NCBI RefSeq assembly: GCF_963921235.1
Contig: NC_086108.1
Location: 60,700,001-60,764,000, forward strand
DNA from: Mobula hypostoma
Lineage: Eukaryota
Direction: 5' to 3'
Length of the DNA: 64,000 nt
In this document: piece after piece, positions 40,094 to 52,368 of the stretch
Numbering within the stretch: the first letter of the stretch is position 1
How the letters are laid out: every line of letters begins with the position of its first letter
Program-made: the position numbers and the translations under genes
The notes under the pieces: generated by a model
What the model saw: the letters and a program-made list of their open reading frames with translations, nothing else
Databases searched by the model: none
Told to the model about the DNA's origin: nothing

Positions 40094-40813
40094 CAGTAGA
40101 TTCCAGTTAACGGGGCTATCTATTAATCAGGGTAGCTGTTTATCTGGGACGACTCTTAAACGATAAAAAGTAAATCGAGAAAATAGCTGGGATTCCCTTC
40201 ATTTATTTGGGACACTATGCCACGTAACTGGGGCAGGAGACTTGCTGAACTAGTAACTAGTCTCGGTCACGTGCACTGATTGTTTGCTAGAAATAAGCAG
40301 TAGGACAATTGGGAATTGTTTTGATCACTGCAGTTTCAAGCATTCAGCCTTGGAGATGCCAGAAACGGCCGCGAGTGAAAATGAAACAATTTCACTCATT
40401 CAACAAGTTAGGAATTATGAAGAATTTGAAGGTATCTTGAATGTTACAATGAAAATGAAGATTTGGAGGATGTAATGATCGCTAGCACTGTATGAAGGCT
40501 GTCCATTATGTGCAGTGGCTGTCTATGTTGATTTTGTTCATTTACAGTCAATCATAAGAACATGGCAGATGAATTCCTCCATCAAGAACCATTAGGAACC
40601 AATACACAGTTTTATAGTACTGTAGTAGTATTGGCAGTGATCTAATTTGTTCTGTTTTTCATTTAAGTACATAATTTGATACTCAGTTAAATGGTAGTTT
40701 GTCTTTTTATACCTTTTTTACTATTTCCATGAAACTTCAGTTAATTGGTGCAGCCAATTAATTGGGCCAAAATGTACGGGTTCCGATGTGTCCCAGTTAA
40801 CTGGAATCCACCG
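40094..40813. mobile_element. Non-autonomous Tigger/pogo-like element
   Basis: ta|cagtagattccagttaa ... ttaactggaatccaccg|ta terminal inverted repeats with TA flanks. Confidence 0.8.
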
Positions 40814-43195
40814 TATAGCAATGGAATTAAATACATAAAATAGCCATACTGGAGAAAACTAGGGAGATGAACATGACATAATCAAAAAGACACTATCTAA
40901 GGTAGACTTATTAGTCACAATACCTCCCATAAAATTTACTGCACACTGACACAAATATTGTATATTAATAATGCTGCTCTGATGTTTCAAAGAAGCCAAA
41001 TGGTAAATTCACGCTTCAATAATATAAACGTACATCAGTTTATCCACAGAAGATATTGAACTAACGTTAGTGCAGAGCCATTCCACCATACTTAATGATG
41101 ATTTAGCAAATCCAGCAAAACTACTGTCATTGGGTAAGGGAAAAGCTGAGCTGTCTGTGGTGGACACACCCCAGCAGTAGTGGTGTGCATGTATGAATTC
41201 TTCTTGAAGAGGTAACCGAATCTTTGGATAAAGCCAGTAGATAATATCAAGAACATTATGGAAGAAGGAACGGCTCTTGTGAGATGACACAACCAGGATT
41301 CAATTGTGACCATGGATAGTATCTGCCTGGAATTTGCACATTCTACCTGTGACCATGTGCACTTCCTCCGGATGCTTTGCTTTCCTCCTATATTACACAA
41401 ACACGTGGGTCGGTTGGTTTACTGGCCACTGTAAATTGACACCAATGTGCAGATGACTGAGTAGAATCTTGAGCAAATTGATAGTTATAAATAAAATGGG
41501 ATTAATGTAGAATTAGTGAAATAGATCATGGCTGATGTAGACTAAATGGGCTGAAGGGCCCATTTCTGTGCCACATCTATCTAAGACTTCATTAATAAAT
41601 GTGCTCAAAGGGTATTTAATCAAGTTGAAGCTCAAGAAATTGAAGGACAGTTATTGAGGTGATAGTTCTGACACCGTACGCAGGAGAAAATGGAGTCTGT
41701 GCTCACTGGCAGGCACTCTAAACCAGCATGTGGCTCATGGAAACCCAAAGGTCTGCTTCAGTCTCAGAACAATTCATTTTATCAATTAATATCTTGGCTG
41801 GTGGGTTATAGAGGCATATAGCCAATTTTCTCAGTAATATGCAAATGACACTTATTAGGCATAAAATTACAAAAATGTTAATATATTAAGTAAATGGAAA
41901 AACTCCTAAACAAATAGATTTCAAAAGTGACAAAGATGATCATGTTCTGCCCACAGTGGAACGCTAGTAAATAGTTTCTAAATGGTGAAAAGCTAAAACT
42001 GGTTTGAATCCAACAAAACTGAGGAATCAATAGCCACAGGTTACTAAAATCCCACAGATTGATAAAGCGAGATGATTTCTAAAGTATGGGGTAGGAGGGT
42101 GGCATTGACTTGGCTACACTTGGAGGGTTGTGGGTTGCACCCTTTAGAATGGATATATTATTTCTGAAATGATTACTCACACAGGTTGTGTAAAGTGAAA
42201 CTTGAACACCCAGGTTTTAATATAGGAGAAATTACACAAACTCGTGATGAATATCTTGGAAATATGTAAAATAGAAATTACACAAACTGGTGCTAAATAT
42301 GCAGGAATTTTGTAAATCAGGAGAAATTACATTAACCAGTGATGAGTATCCTGAAATTTTGTAAACTAAGGAGTGATTTGATCCAAGTTTATAAATTACA
42401 GGGAATACTAAAAAGCAATTTTTTTCCCACAGGTTGGAGAAACTATGGCTGGGATCACTGTTCAAAAAACAAAATCAGGATGGTCCTATTAGCAGTGAAT
42501 CTAGGAAGACTTCAATACTGAAAGGATGATGGCAGTTTGTGATCCTTCTCCCCAGCCTGCAGTAAATGTAAGAATGCCACAGCATTGTCAACCAAAGGTA
42601 AACAGGCATTAAGGAAAAAAGCAGGTATGCTGTAAACGCCACTTTTCAGTTGTGATTTCGCTGAGCAACAGAACAGACTCATGACATGGGATAAATATGG
42701 TAAAATATGTACCTTAACAAATACAATACGTTGATTAAAGACACATTAACCCAAGCACCCTCCCAATCGATGAGTAGTAAGATTTTAATTCACAGCAACA
42801 AAGCTTCACTCACATTCCTTAGGGAAAAGCAAGGTAGGATATTATAATTGATAAGAATGCTGTATTTTTAATCATCAATTATTTGATTTTCTTAAGTTAT
42901 GCCTACTTTCTCTCTGCGTGTAAAAGATGGACATTTCTAACCCAAACTTTTAGTCATATGGTTGACGCATGCATACACAGACTGGTGTTAATTGCTGCTT
43001 TAAGGGCATATAGCTGTTTCACTTCGTTTTTGTCATGCTTTAAACTGAGTCCAAAGCAGGGAAACATTGCCATATCAGTGCAAGCAGGACCCTGAGAAGA
43101 CATCCAGGTCTAAGGCTGTGCTGTATCAGTAAAATCCTGCCAACAGTTCAGATCAACAAGCAAATGCCTTGGACTTGATATCAAAGTCAAATATA

Positions 43196-45505
43196 AACAA
43201 CAGGAATTCTGTAGATGCTGGAAATTCAAGCAACATACATCAAAGTTGCTGGTGAACGCAGCAGGCCAAGCAGCATCTATAGGAAGAGGCGCAGTCGACG
43301 TTTCAGGCCGAGACCCTTCGTCAGGACTAACTGAAGGAAGAGTGAGTAAGGGATTTGAAAGCTGGAGGGGGAGGGGGAGATGCAAAATGATAGGAGAAGA
43401 CAGGAGGGGGAGGGATAGAGCCGAGAGCTGGACAGGTGATAGGCAAAAGGGGATACGAGAGGATCATGGGACAGGAGGTCCGGGAAGAAAGACGGGGGGG
43501 GGGGGGTGACCCAGAGGATGGGCAAGAGGTATATTCAGAGGGACAGGGGGAGAAAAAGGAGAGTGAGAGAAAGAATGTGTGCATAAAAATGAGTAACAGA
43601 TGGGGTACGAGGGGGAGGTGGGGCCTTAGCGGAAGTTAGAGAAGTCAATGTTCATGCCATCAGGTTGGAGGCTACCCAGACGGAATATAAGGTGTTGTTC
43701 CTCCAACCTGAGTGTGGCTTCATCTTTACAGTAGAGGAGGCCGTGGATAGACATGTCAGAATGGGAATGGGATGTGGAATTAAAATGTGTGGCCACTGGG
43801 AGATCCTGCTTTCTCTGGCAGACAGAGCGTAGATGTTCAGCAAAGCGGTCTCCCAGTCTGCGTTGGGTCTCGCCAATATATAAAAGGCCACATCGGGAGC
43901 ACCGGACGCAGTATATCACCCCAGTCGACTCACAGGTGAAGTGTTGCCTCACCTGGAAGGACTGTTTGGGGCCCTGAATGGTGGTAAGGGAGGAAGTGTA
44001 AGGGCATGTGTAGCACTTGTCCCGCTTACACGGATAAGTGCCAGGAGGGAGATCAGTGGGGAGGGATAGGGGGGACGAATGGACAAGGGAGTTGCGTAGG
44101 GAGCGATCCCTGCGGAATGCAGGGGGGGGGGAGGGAAAGATGTGCTTAGTGGTGGGATCCCGTTGGAGGTGGCGGAAGTTATGGAGAATAATATGTTGGA
44201 CCCGGAGGCTGGTAGGGTGGTGAGGACCAGGGGAACCCTATTCCTAGTGGGGTGGCGGTAGGATGGAGTGAGAGCAGATGTACGTGAAATGGGGGAGATG
44301 CGTTTAAGAGCAGAGTTGATAGTGGAGGAAGGGAAGCCCCTTTCTTTAAAAAAAGAAGACATCTCCCTCATCCTAAAATGAAAAGCCTCATCCTGAGAGC
44401 AGATGCGACGGAGACGGAGGAATTGCGAGAAGGGGATGGCGTTTTTGCAAGAGACAGGGTGAGAAGAGGAATAGTCCAGATAGCTGTGAGAGTCAGTAGG
44501 CTTATAGTAGACATCAGTGGATAAGCTGTCTCCAGAGACAGAGACAGAAAGATCTAGAAAGGGGAGGGAGGTGTCGGAAATGGACCAGGTAAACTTGAAG
44601 GCAGGGTGAAAGTTGGAGGCAAAGTTAATAAAGTCAACGAGTTCTGCATGCGTGCAGGAAGCATGCACTGATCCCCACTGATCTCCCTCCTGGTTCTTAT
44701 CCGTGTAAGCGGAACAAGTGCTACACATGCCCTTACACTTCCTCCCTTACCACCATTCAGGGCCCCAAACAGTCCTTCCAGGTGAGGCAACACTTCACCT
44801 GTGAGTCGACTGGGGTGATATACTGCGTCCGGTGCTCCTGATGTGGCCTTTTATATTGGCGAGACCCGACGCAGACTGGGAGACCGCTTTGCTGAACATC
44901 TACGCTCTGTCCGCCAGAGAAAGCAGGATCTCCCAGTGGCCACACATTTTAATTCCACATCCCATTCCCATTCTGACATGTCTATCCACGGCCTCCTCTA
45001 CTGTAAGGATGAAGCCACACTCAGGTTGGAGGAACAACACCTTATATTCCGTCTGGGTAGCCTCCAACCTGATGGCATGAACATTGACTTCTCTAACTTC
45101 CGCTAAGGCCCCACCTCCCCCTCGTACCTCATCTGTTACTCATTTTTTTTGCACACATTCTTTCTCTCACTCTCCTTTTTCTCCCTCTGCCCCTCTGAAT
45201 ATACCTCTTGCCCATCCTCTGGGTCACCACCCCCCCCCCCCGTCTTTCTTCCCGGACCTCCTGTCCCATGATCCTCTCGTATCCCCTTTTGCCTATCACC
45301 TGTCCAGCTCTCGGCTCTATCCCTCCCGCTCCTGTCTTCTCCTATTATTTTGCATCTCCCCCTCCCCCTCCAGCTTTCAAATCCCTTACTCACTCTTCCT
45401 TCAGTTAGTCCTGACGAAGGGCCTCGGCCTGAAACGTCGACTGCGCCTCTTCCTATAGATGCTGCTTGGCCTGCTGCGTTCACCAGCAACTTTGATGTAT
45501 GTCGC
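43196..45505. mobile_element. Fold-back Penelope-like composite, copy 1 (long arm minus 43196-44663; short arm plus 44672-45505)
   Basis: 15-bp TSD tcaaagtcaaatata (43181-43195 and 45506-45520). GIY-YIG remnants in both orientations; hammerheads at 43293-43328 (-) and 45407-45442 (+). Confidence 0.95.
45407..45442 (+). ncRNA. Minimal type I hammerhead ribozyme motif (representative of at least 8 copies)
   Basis: Stem I agtc/gact, core CTGACGA, stem II agg..cct, GAAAC directly followed by GTC (palindromic ACGT, loop-less stem III). Other copies: 1828-1863+, 2104-2139-, 13075-13109+, 13985-14020-, 43293-43328-, 48219-48254-, 50335-50370+. Confidence 0.88.
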
Positions 45506-47611
45506 TCAAAGTCAAATATATTTACTTTCTTCCTATCAATAAAAATGTGTTTTCTGTCTTATTAATTAATAAAGCATTATTATGTTGTTGTTGATCATCT
45601 TAATGCTGACAGTGGGAAAGGAAAAATTTGGTGATTCTTAGGTCAATAAACTGACTGGATAATGGAACTTGAATCTTACTTGCATTTATAAAAACAGACC
45701 TTAAACTGAATGCAAAACGTTTACAGGATGTAGTTAATATTGGTATAGCCAGCATCTAATGCCTAATATCAATTAGTCATAGTCACAGAAAAGTACAGCA
45801 CAGAAATAGGCTATTCAGCCCATCTAGTCCTTGTAAAATTGTTTCAACTACCTACTCCCATTGACCTGCAGCCTTCCATAGCCCTCCATCAATGTACCTA
45901 TCCAAACTTCTCTTAAATTTTGAAATTGAGCTCACATGCACCACTTGCATTGGCAGCTCGATCCACACTCTCACCACCCTCTGAGTGAAGAAGTTTCCCC
46001 TTAAAATTTTCACCTTTCACCCTTAATCCATGACCTTTAGTTGTAGTCCCACACAAGCTCAGTGGAAAGTCTGCTTGCATTTACCCTATCTATACCCCTC
46101 ATAATTTTGTATACCTCTATCAAATCTCCCCTCAATCTTCTACGTTCCAAAGAATAAAGCCCAACTAACTCGGGTCTACCAGACCCAGCAACATCTTTGC
46201 AAATTTTCTCTGTACTCTTTCAATCTTATTTACCTCTTTCCTGTAGGTGGGTGACCAAAACTGAACACAATACTCCAAATTAGGCCCCATCAATGTCTTA
46301 TACAACTTCAACATAACATCCTATCTCCTGTACTCAACACTTTGATTTATGAAGATCAATGCACCAAAAGCTTTCTTTGTGACCCTATCTATCTATGACG
46401 TTACTTTCAATGAATTATGGACCTGAATTTCCAGATCCCTTTGTTCTACCACACTCCTCAGTGCCCTACCGTTCACTGTAAAAACTACCCTGGTTGGACC
46501 AATTGAAGTGCACACATCACACTTGTCTGCATTAAATTCCATATGCCATTTTTCAGCATATTTTTCCAGCTGGTCCTGATCCTTCTGCAAGCCATGATAG
46601 TCTTCCTCGCTGTCCACTACACCCCCAATCTTCCTGTCATCCACAAATTTGCCGATCCAATTAACCACATTATCATCAAAATCATTGATATAGCTGACAA
46701 AAAGCAACAGACCCAGCGTCAATCACTGCAGTACTCCACTAGTCACAGGTCTCCAGTCAGAGAGGCAACCATCGACTACCACTCACTGGCTTCTCCTACA
46801 AAGCCAATGTTTAATCCAATTTACTACCTCATGCAGGACCTTGTCAAATGCCTTGCTAAAGTCCATGTAGGCAACATCTACTGCCTTCCCTTCATCAACT
46901 TTCCTGGTAACTTCCTTGAAAAACTCTAAGACTGATTAGACACAACCTACCACACACAAAGCCATGCTCACTATCTTTGATGAGTCCATGTCTATCCAAA
47001 TACTCATATCTTGTCCCTTAAAATACCTTCCAGTAACTTTCCCACTACTGATGTTAATGTCACCGTCCAATAACTTCCTGGATTATTTTTAGAGCCTTTC
47101 TTAAACAGCAGAACAGCTTTGGCTATCCTTCAATCACCTGGTACCTCACTTGTCACCAAGGATGATTTGAACATCTCTGCTAGGGCACCAGCAATTTCTG
47201 CATTTGCCTCCAGCAGGGTCCAAGGGAACACCTTGTCAGGCCCTGGGGATTTATCCACCCCGAGTTACCTCAAGACAGCAAACACCTCCTCCTCTGTAAT
47301 CTGTATAGGGTCCATGAAGTTGATGCCATTTTGCCACATTTCTATAGACTCTCTGTTAGTGGTCACTAACCTTTTTAAGCCCAAGATCCCCTACCTCGAC
47401 TTTAGTGAAAGGCAAGACCTACCTACTAAATCGTTTATAGAGAAAACACAGCCCAGATTGTACTTCCAATTTGAGGCCTTTTATTTGGGCTAATTGTATT
47501 TGAATTACACAAAATACTTTTGTCAAACTTTCAAATTAGTTCAAACAAGAAAACACCGTAACTAGCATATCAAACAGGCCATAGCTGTCTTTCTTTAAGA
47601 ATATTACAATA

Positions 47612-48150
47612 CATAGACATACTTTATTGATCCCGGGGGAAATTGAGTTTCGTTACAGCTGCATCAACCAAGAATAGAGCATAAATATAGCAATACAAAA
47701 ACCACAAACAATCAAACAACAATATGCAAACTATGCCAGATGGAAATAAGTCCAGGACCAGCCTATTAGCTCAGTGTGTCTGACCCTCCACAGGAGGAGC
47801 TGCAAAGTTCAATGGCCACAGGCAGGAACAACCTCCCATAACACCCAGTGCTGTATCTCAGTGGAATATGGCCGGAGTCCAACAGTAAAAAGTTCAATAT
47901 CCGGGCTACAAACATGTTGCTCGAGAAAATAAGACCAGGATTGCACCACCCGTTGTTAACCAGAACAGCAAGCCTCCAACTCCTTTACGCTTACCACTCT
48001 CAGTGCACTTCCAGTCAGCACGAACTGTCTGGAAGCCCTCCATGGAAAAGTTTCGGTCGGGTATGTCCACATGCAGCCAGGTTTCAGTAAAACACATAAC
48101 ACTGCTCTCCTGAAATGTTCTCTGACTCCTGGCTAGCGCCGTCAACTCCT
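47612..48150 (-). mobile_element. Rex1-like LINE derivative (endonuclease remnant fused to 3' end) inside the hAT element
   Basis: ORF 47906..48145 has MCFTETWL...GFQTVRAD...GKRKG.GG; (tatg)-like tail near 47610. Confidence 0.7.
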
Positions 48151-48187
48151 TTAATTCACACCTTTAATTCTAAGTTTCATTATTTAG

Positions 48188-50466
48188 CAGGCCAGGCAGC
48201 ATCTGTAGGAAGAGGTGCAGTCGACGTTTCAGGCCGAGACCCTTCGTCAGGACTAACTGAAGGAAGAGTGAGTAAGGGATTTGAAAGCTGGAGGGGGAGG
48301 GGGAGATCCAAAATGATTGGAGAAGACAGGAGGGGGAGGGATGGAGTCAAGAGCTGGACAGGTGATAGGCAAAAGGGGATACGAGAGGATCAAGGGACAG
48401 GAGGTCTGGGAAGAAAGACAAGGGTGGGGGGGACCCAGAGGATGGGCAAGAGGTATATTCAGAGGGACAGAGGGAGAAAAAGGAGAGTGAGAGAAAGAAT
48501 GTGTGTATAAAAATAAGTAACAGATGGGGTACGAGGGGGAGGTGGGGCCTTAGCGGAAGTTAGAGAAGTCGATGTTCATGCCATCAGGTTGGAGGCTACC
48601 CAGACGGAATATAAGGTGTTGTTCCTCCAACCTGAGTGTGGCTTCATCTTTACAGTAGAGGAGGCCGTGGATAGACATGTCAGAATGGGAATGGGATGTG
48701 GAATTAAAATGTGTGGCCACTGGGAGATCCTGCTTTCTTTGGCGGACAGAGCGTAGATGTTCAGCAAAGCGGTCTCCCAGTCTGCGTCGGGTCTCGCCAA
48801 TATAAAAGGCCACATCAGGAGCACCGGACGCAGTATATCACCCCAGTCGACTCACAGGTGAAGTGTTGCCTCACCTGGAAGGACTGTTTGGGGCCCTGAA
48901 TGGTGGTAAGGGAGGAAGTGTAAGGGCATGTGCAGCACTTGTTCCGCTTACACGGATAAGAGCCAGGAGGGAGATCAGTGGGGATCAGTGCATGCTTCCT
49001 GCACGCATGCAGAACTCGTTGACTTTATTAACTTTGCCTCCAACTTTCACCCTGCCCTCAAGTTTACCTGGTCCATTTCCGACACCTCCCTCCCCTTTCT
49101 AGATCTTTCTGTCTCTGTCTCTGGAGACAGCTTATCCACTGATGTCTACTATAAGCCTACTGACTCTCACAGCTATCTGGACTATTCCTCTTCTCACCCT
49201 GTCTCTTGCAAAACCGCCATCCCCTTCTCGCAATTCCTCCGTCTCCGCCGCATCTGCTCTCAGGATGAGGCTTTTCATTCTAGGACGAGTGAGAAGTCTT
49301 CCTTTTTTAAAGAAAGGGGCTTCCCTTCCTCCACTATCAACTCTGCTCTTAAACGCATCTCCCCCATTTCACGTACATCTGCTCTCACTCCATCCTCCCA
49401 CCACCCCACTAGGAATAGGGTTCCCCTGGTCCTCACCTACCACCCCACCAGCCTCCGGGTCCAACATATTATTCTCCGTAACTTCCGCCACCCCCAACGG
49501 GATCCCACCACTAAGCACATCTTTCCCTCCCCCACTCTCTCTGCATTCCGTAGGAATCGCTCCCTACGCAACTCCCTTGTCCATTCGTCCCCCCCATCCC
49601 TCCCCACTGATCTCCCTCCTGGCACTTATCCGTGTAAGCGGAACAAGTGCTACACATGCCCTTACACTTCCTCCCTAACCACCATTCAGGGCCCCAAACA
49701 GTCCTTCCAGGTGAGGCAACACTTCACCTGTGAGTCGACTGGGGTGATATACTGCGTCCGGTGCTCCCGATGTGGCCTTTTATATATTGGCGAGACCCGA
49801 CGCAGACTGGGAGACCGCTTTGCTGAACATCTATGCTCTGTCCGACAGAGAAAGCAGGATCTCCCAGTGGCCACACATTTTAATTCCACATCCCATTCCC
49901 ATTCTGACATGTCTATCCACGGCCTCCTCTACTGTAAAGATGAAGCCACACTCAGGTTGGAGGAACAACACCTTATATTCCGTCTGGGTAACCTCCAACC
50001 TGATGGCATGAACATCGATTTCTCTAACTTCCGCTATGGCCCCACCTCCCCCTCGTACCCCATCTGTTACTTATTTTTATGCACACATTCTTTCTCTCAC
50101 TCTCCTTTTTCTCCCTCTGTCCCTCTGAATATACCTCTTGCCCAACCTCTGGGTCCCCCCTCCCTCCCTGTCTTTCTTCCCGGACCTCCTGTCCCATGAT
50201 CCTCTCGTATCCCCTTTTGCCTATCACCTGTCCAGCTCTCGGCTCTATCCCTCCCGCTCCTGTCTTCTCCTATTATTTTGCATCTCCCCCTCCCCCTCCA
50301 GCTTTCAAATCCCTTACTCACTCTTCCTTCAGTTAGTCCTGATGAAGGGTCTCGGCCTGAAACATCGACTGCACCTCTTCCTACAGATGCTGCCTGGCCT
50401 GCTGCGTTCACCAGCAACTTTGATGTGTGTTGCTTGAATTTCCAGCATCTGCAGTATTCCTGTTGT
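48188..50466. mobile_element. Fold-back Penelope-like composite, copy 2 (short arm minus from 48188 to about 48983; long arm plus from about 48992 to 50466)
   Basis: 13-bp TSD tttcattatttag (48175-48187 and 50467-50479). Same junction as copy 1 in reverse complement; hammerheads at 48219-48254 (-) and 50335-50370 (+). Confidence 0.95.
48928..50199 (+). pseudogene. Chimeric PLE ORF: RT C-terminus/thumb, Cys-rich linker, GIY-YIG endonuclease (Neptune-like)
   Basis: LPFLDL, VYYKPTDSHSYL, PCKRNKCYTC, VIYCVRCSRCGLLYIGET...RFAEH. Begins after the RT catalytic motif; the native TAA reads TAT at 50035-50037. Confidence 0.85.
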
Positions 50467-50526
50467 TTTCATTATTTAGTTTTATTTCAACATGAAAAAT
50501 AAATGAATAAAAATTGACTGTTGCAC

Positions 50527-52368
50527 TCAGTGTGATGGCTGGGGCTGAATACTTTTCTGCTAGTTCCCTGAAATTTGGCTCATAACTACAGACAGCCAGT
50601 CTGAGACAGTCTGTGAGATGTCTGTCAGTAAGACAGCCCCTGTACTTAGATTTAATAATTTTCATCTGTGAAAATGGAATTTCACACAGATAAGTTGACC
50701 CAAAGTAGGCACTGACTTTTAGTGCACATGTGCTGAGATGAGTAAACTTCTCCCTGTTGACAAGCCCCCAAAAGTCACCATCCCTTGATCTTGCTTTAAG
50801 CTCGATGTCATTTTGCAAATCAATTATTTCCATTTCAGTATCACTTGGCACACCAAATACTTGCTGGAATTTGGCTGCCATCTGTCTATATTGATCGGCA
50901 GAAATGGGTTTGAAATAAATGCAGCAATATCTTTCATGACATTTAACTCCCCAAAATGCCAATCGAACTCTATTGCCAGTTTGTCTAGGTGAGCACAGTA
51001 CTGCTCAGGGCGAAAAGTACTTTTTCCTTGATGGCCTGTAACATTTTTTCCAAGTTGGGAAAGTGTGTCAGCCTCCCATTCTTTAAATTTGAAATCCAAA
51101 CACTGTGCTTGGCCTTAAATGCATTTACTGCACTTATCATGTGGGTTAGGTGTTGGTCTTTTCCCATGAGCTCGTTGTTAAGTGGGTTTAATTTAGCTGT
51201 TATGTCTGTTAGAAACCCTAAATCCAGTAGCCACGCATCATCTGACAGCTCCTTGTGCTCCTCGTTTCTTGTTGGCAGAAAAGTCTTTATCTCAGGCAGC
51301 AAGTCAACAAATCGTTGCAGCACTTTGCCATGACTCAACCACCGAACATCAGCATGAAGAATTATGTCTCCGTAAGCAGCATCGAGCTCATCCAATAACG
51401 CCTTGAATAATCGGTGGTGAAGCACTTTTGCTCAAACCAAGTTTATCAGTTTGACCACCAGTGTCATTACATGAGAAAAGTCCACGACCTTCCCAGCCAA
51501 GGCCTGCTGATGAATCACACAGTGATAATCCAGGAAGCTGGGAAAATCGGGGTCATTACAGCACAGTGCTATAAAACTAACGTGCACACCATGCATTGCT
51601 GGAGCCCCATCAGTAGCAATTGCCACCAGTTTATGAATGGGGATGTCATTTTCACGGACATATTTTTTAAACTCATTGTAAATATCCTCACCTCTCTTCT
51701 CTCCTTTCATTGCAAAAGAGTGAGGAAGTCCTCCTTTGTTGTAAAATCCTGCAAAGCGATTCTGACAAATACAAGCTGAGCTGTTTGCATTACATCCAGG
51801 AATTCATCAAACTATAATGAAAAATATTCACAGAGTGACAAGATCTTTAACACTTGTCGATCCACGTCCTCTGACAGTGACTCCACCCTGCTTGTCACTG
51901 TTGCAGGGCCAAGCGGTACATCATGTATTGCAGTTGTGATGTCATTTTTGTTTTTAAAGCCATTAAAAACAGTCTCTGCGGTAATGGCCATTGCTTCCTT
52001 GAATAAATCGCCATCTGTAAAAGGCTTCTTGTGTTTAACCAAAAGGTGACTTACACAAAATGATGCTTCAATAGCAGCCTTATTTTGAGCAGCATGTTTT
52101 ATGAAAAAGGATTGCTGGGCCTTCAACCCTGATTTCAGCTCCTCAACTTTCCTGGCACGAATTGTGCTCTTTGGGGGGGGTACGTGTCTTTAAATTTCTG
52201 GTGGTTGGTGTCGTGGTGCCACTCCAGATTCCCTCTTTTAGTCAGTGCTTGTGTTTGGGGGCACAACATACATACACACTTGTCTTTCACCAAGGTAAAT
52301 AGAAATTCCTCTTCCCATTCTGGATGGAAGTTGTACGTTTTTGCCTTCTTTCATGGAGCCTCTGCCAT
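50527..52368 (-). pseudogene. Frameshifted hAT transposase
   Basis: Fragments with hAT motifs TDGAPAM, HCVIHQQAL, VRWLS, FLTDI and FGSTYLCE..FS.MK..KSKYR..LTD, spread over several frames. Confidence 0.9.

Noticed and set aside
43181..50479. Explaining the two PLE palindromes as a local inverted segmental duplication or an assembly duplicate
   Set aside because: Flanks are unrelated, each copy has its own TSD, the short-arm end points differ, and the copies differ at many positions.
50527..52368. Domesticated GTF2IRD2/EPM2AIP1-like host gene
   Set aside because: Multiple frameshifts and stops, plus TIRs and an 8-bp TSD, indicate a decayed transposon.
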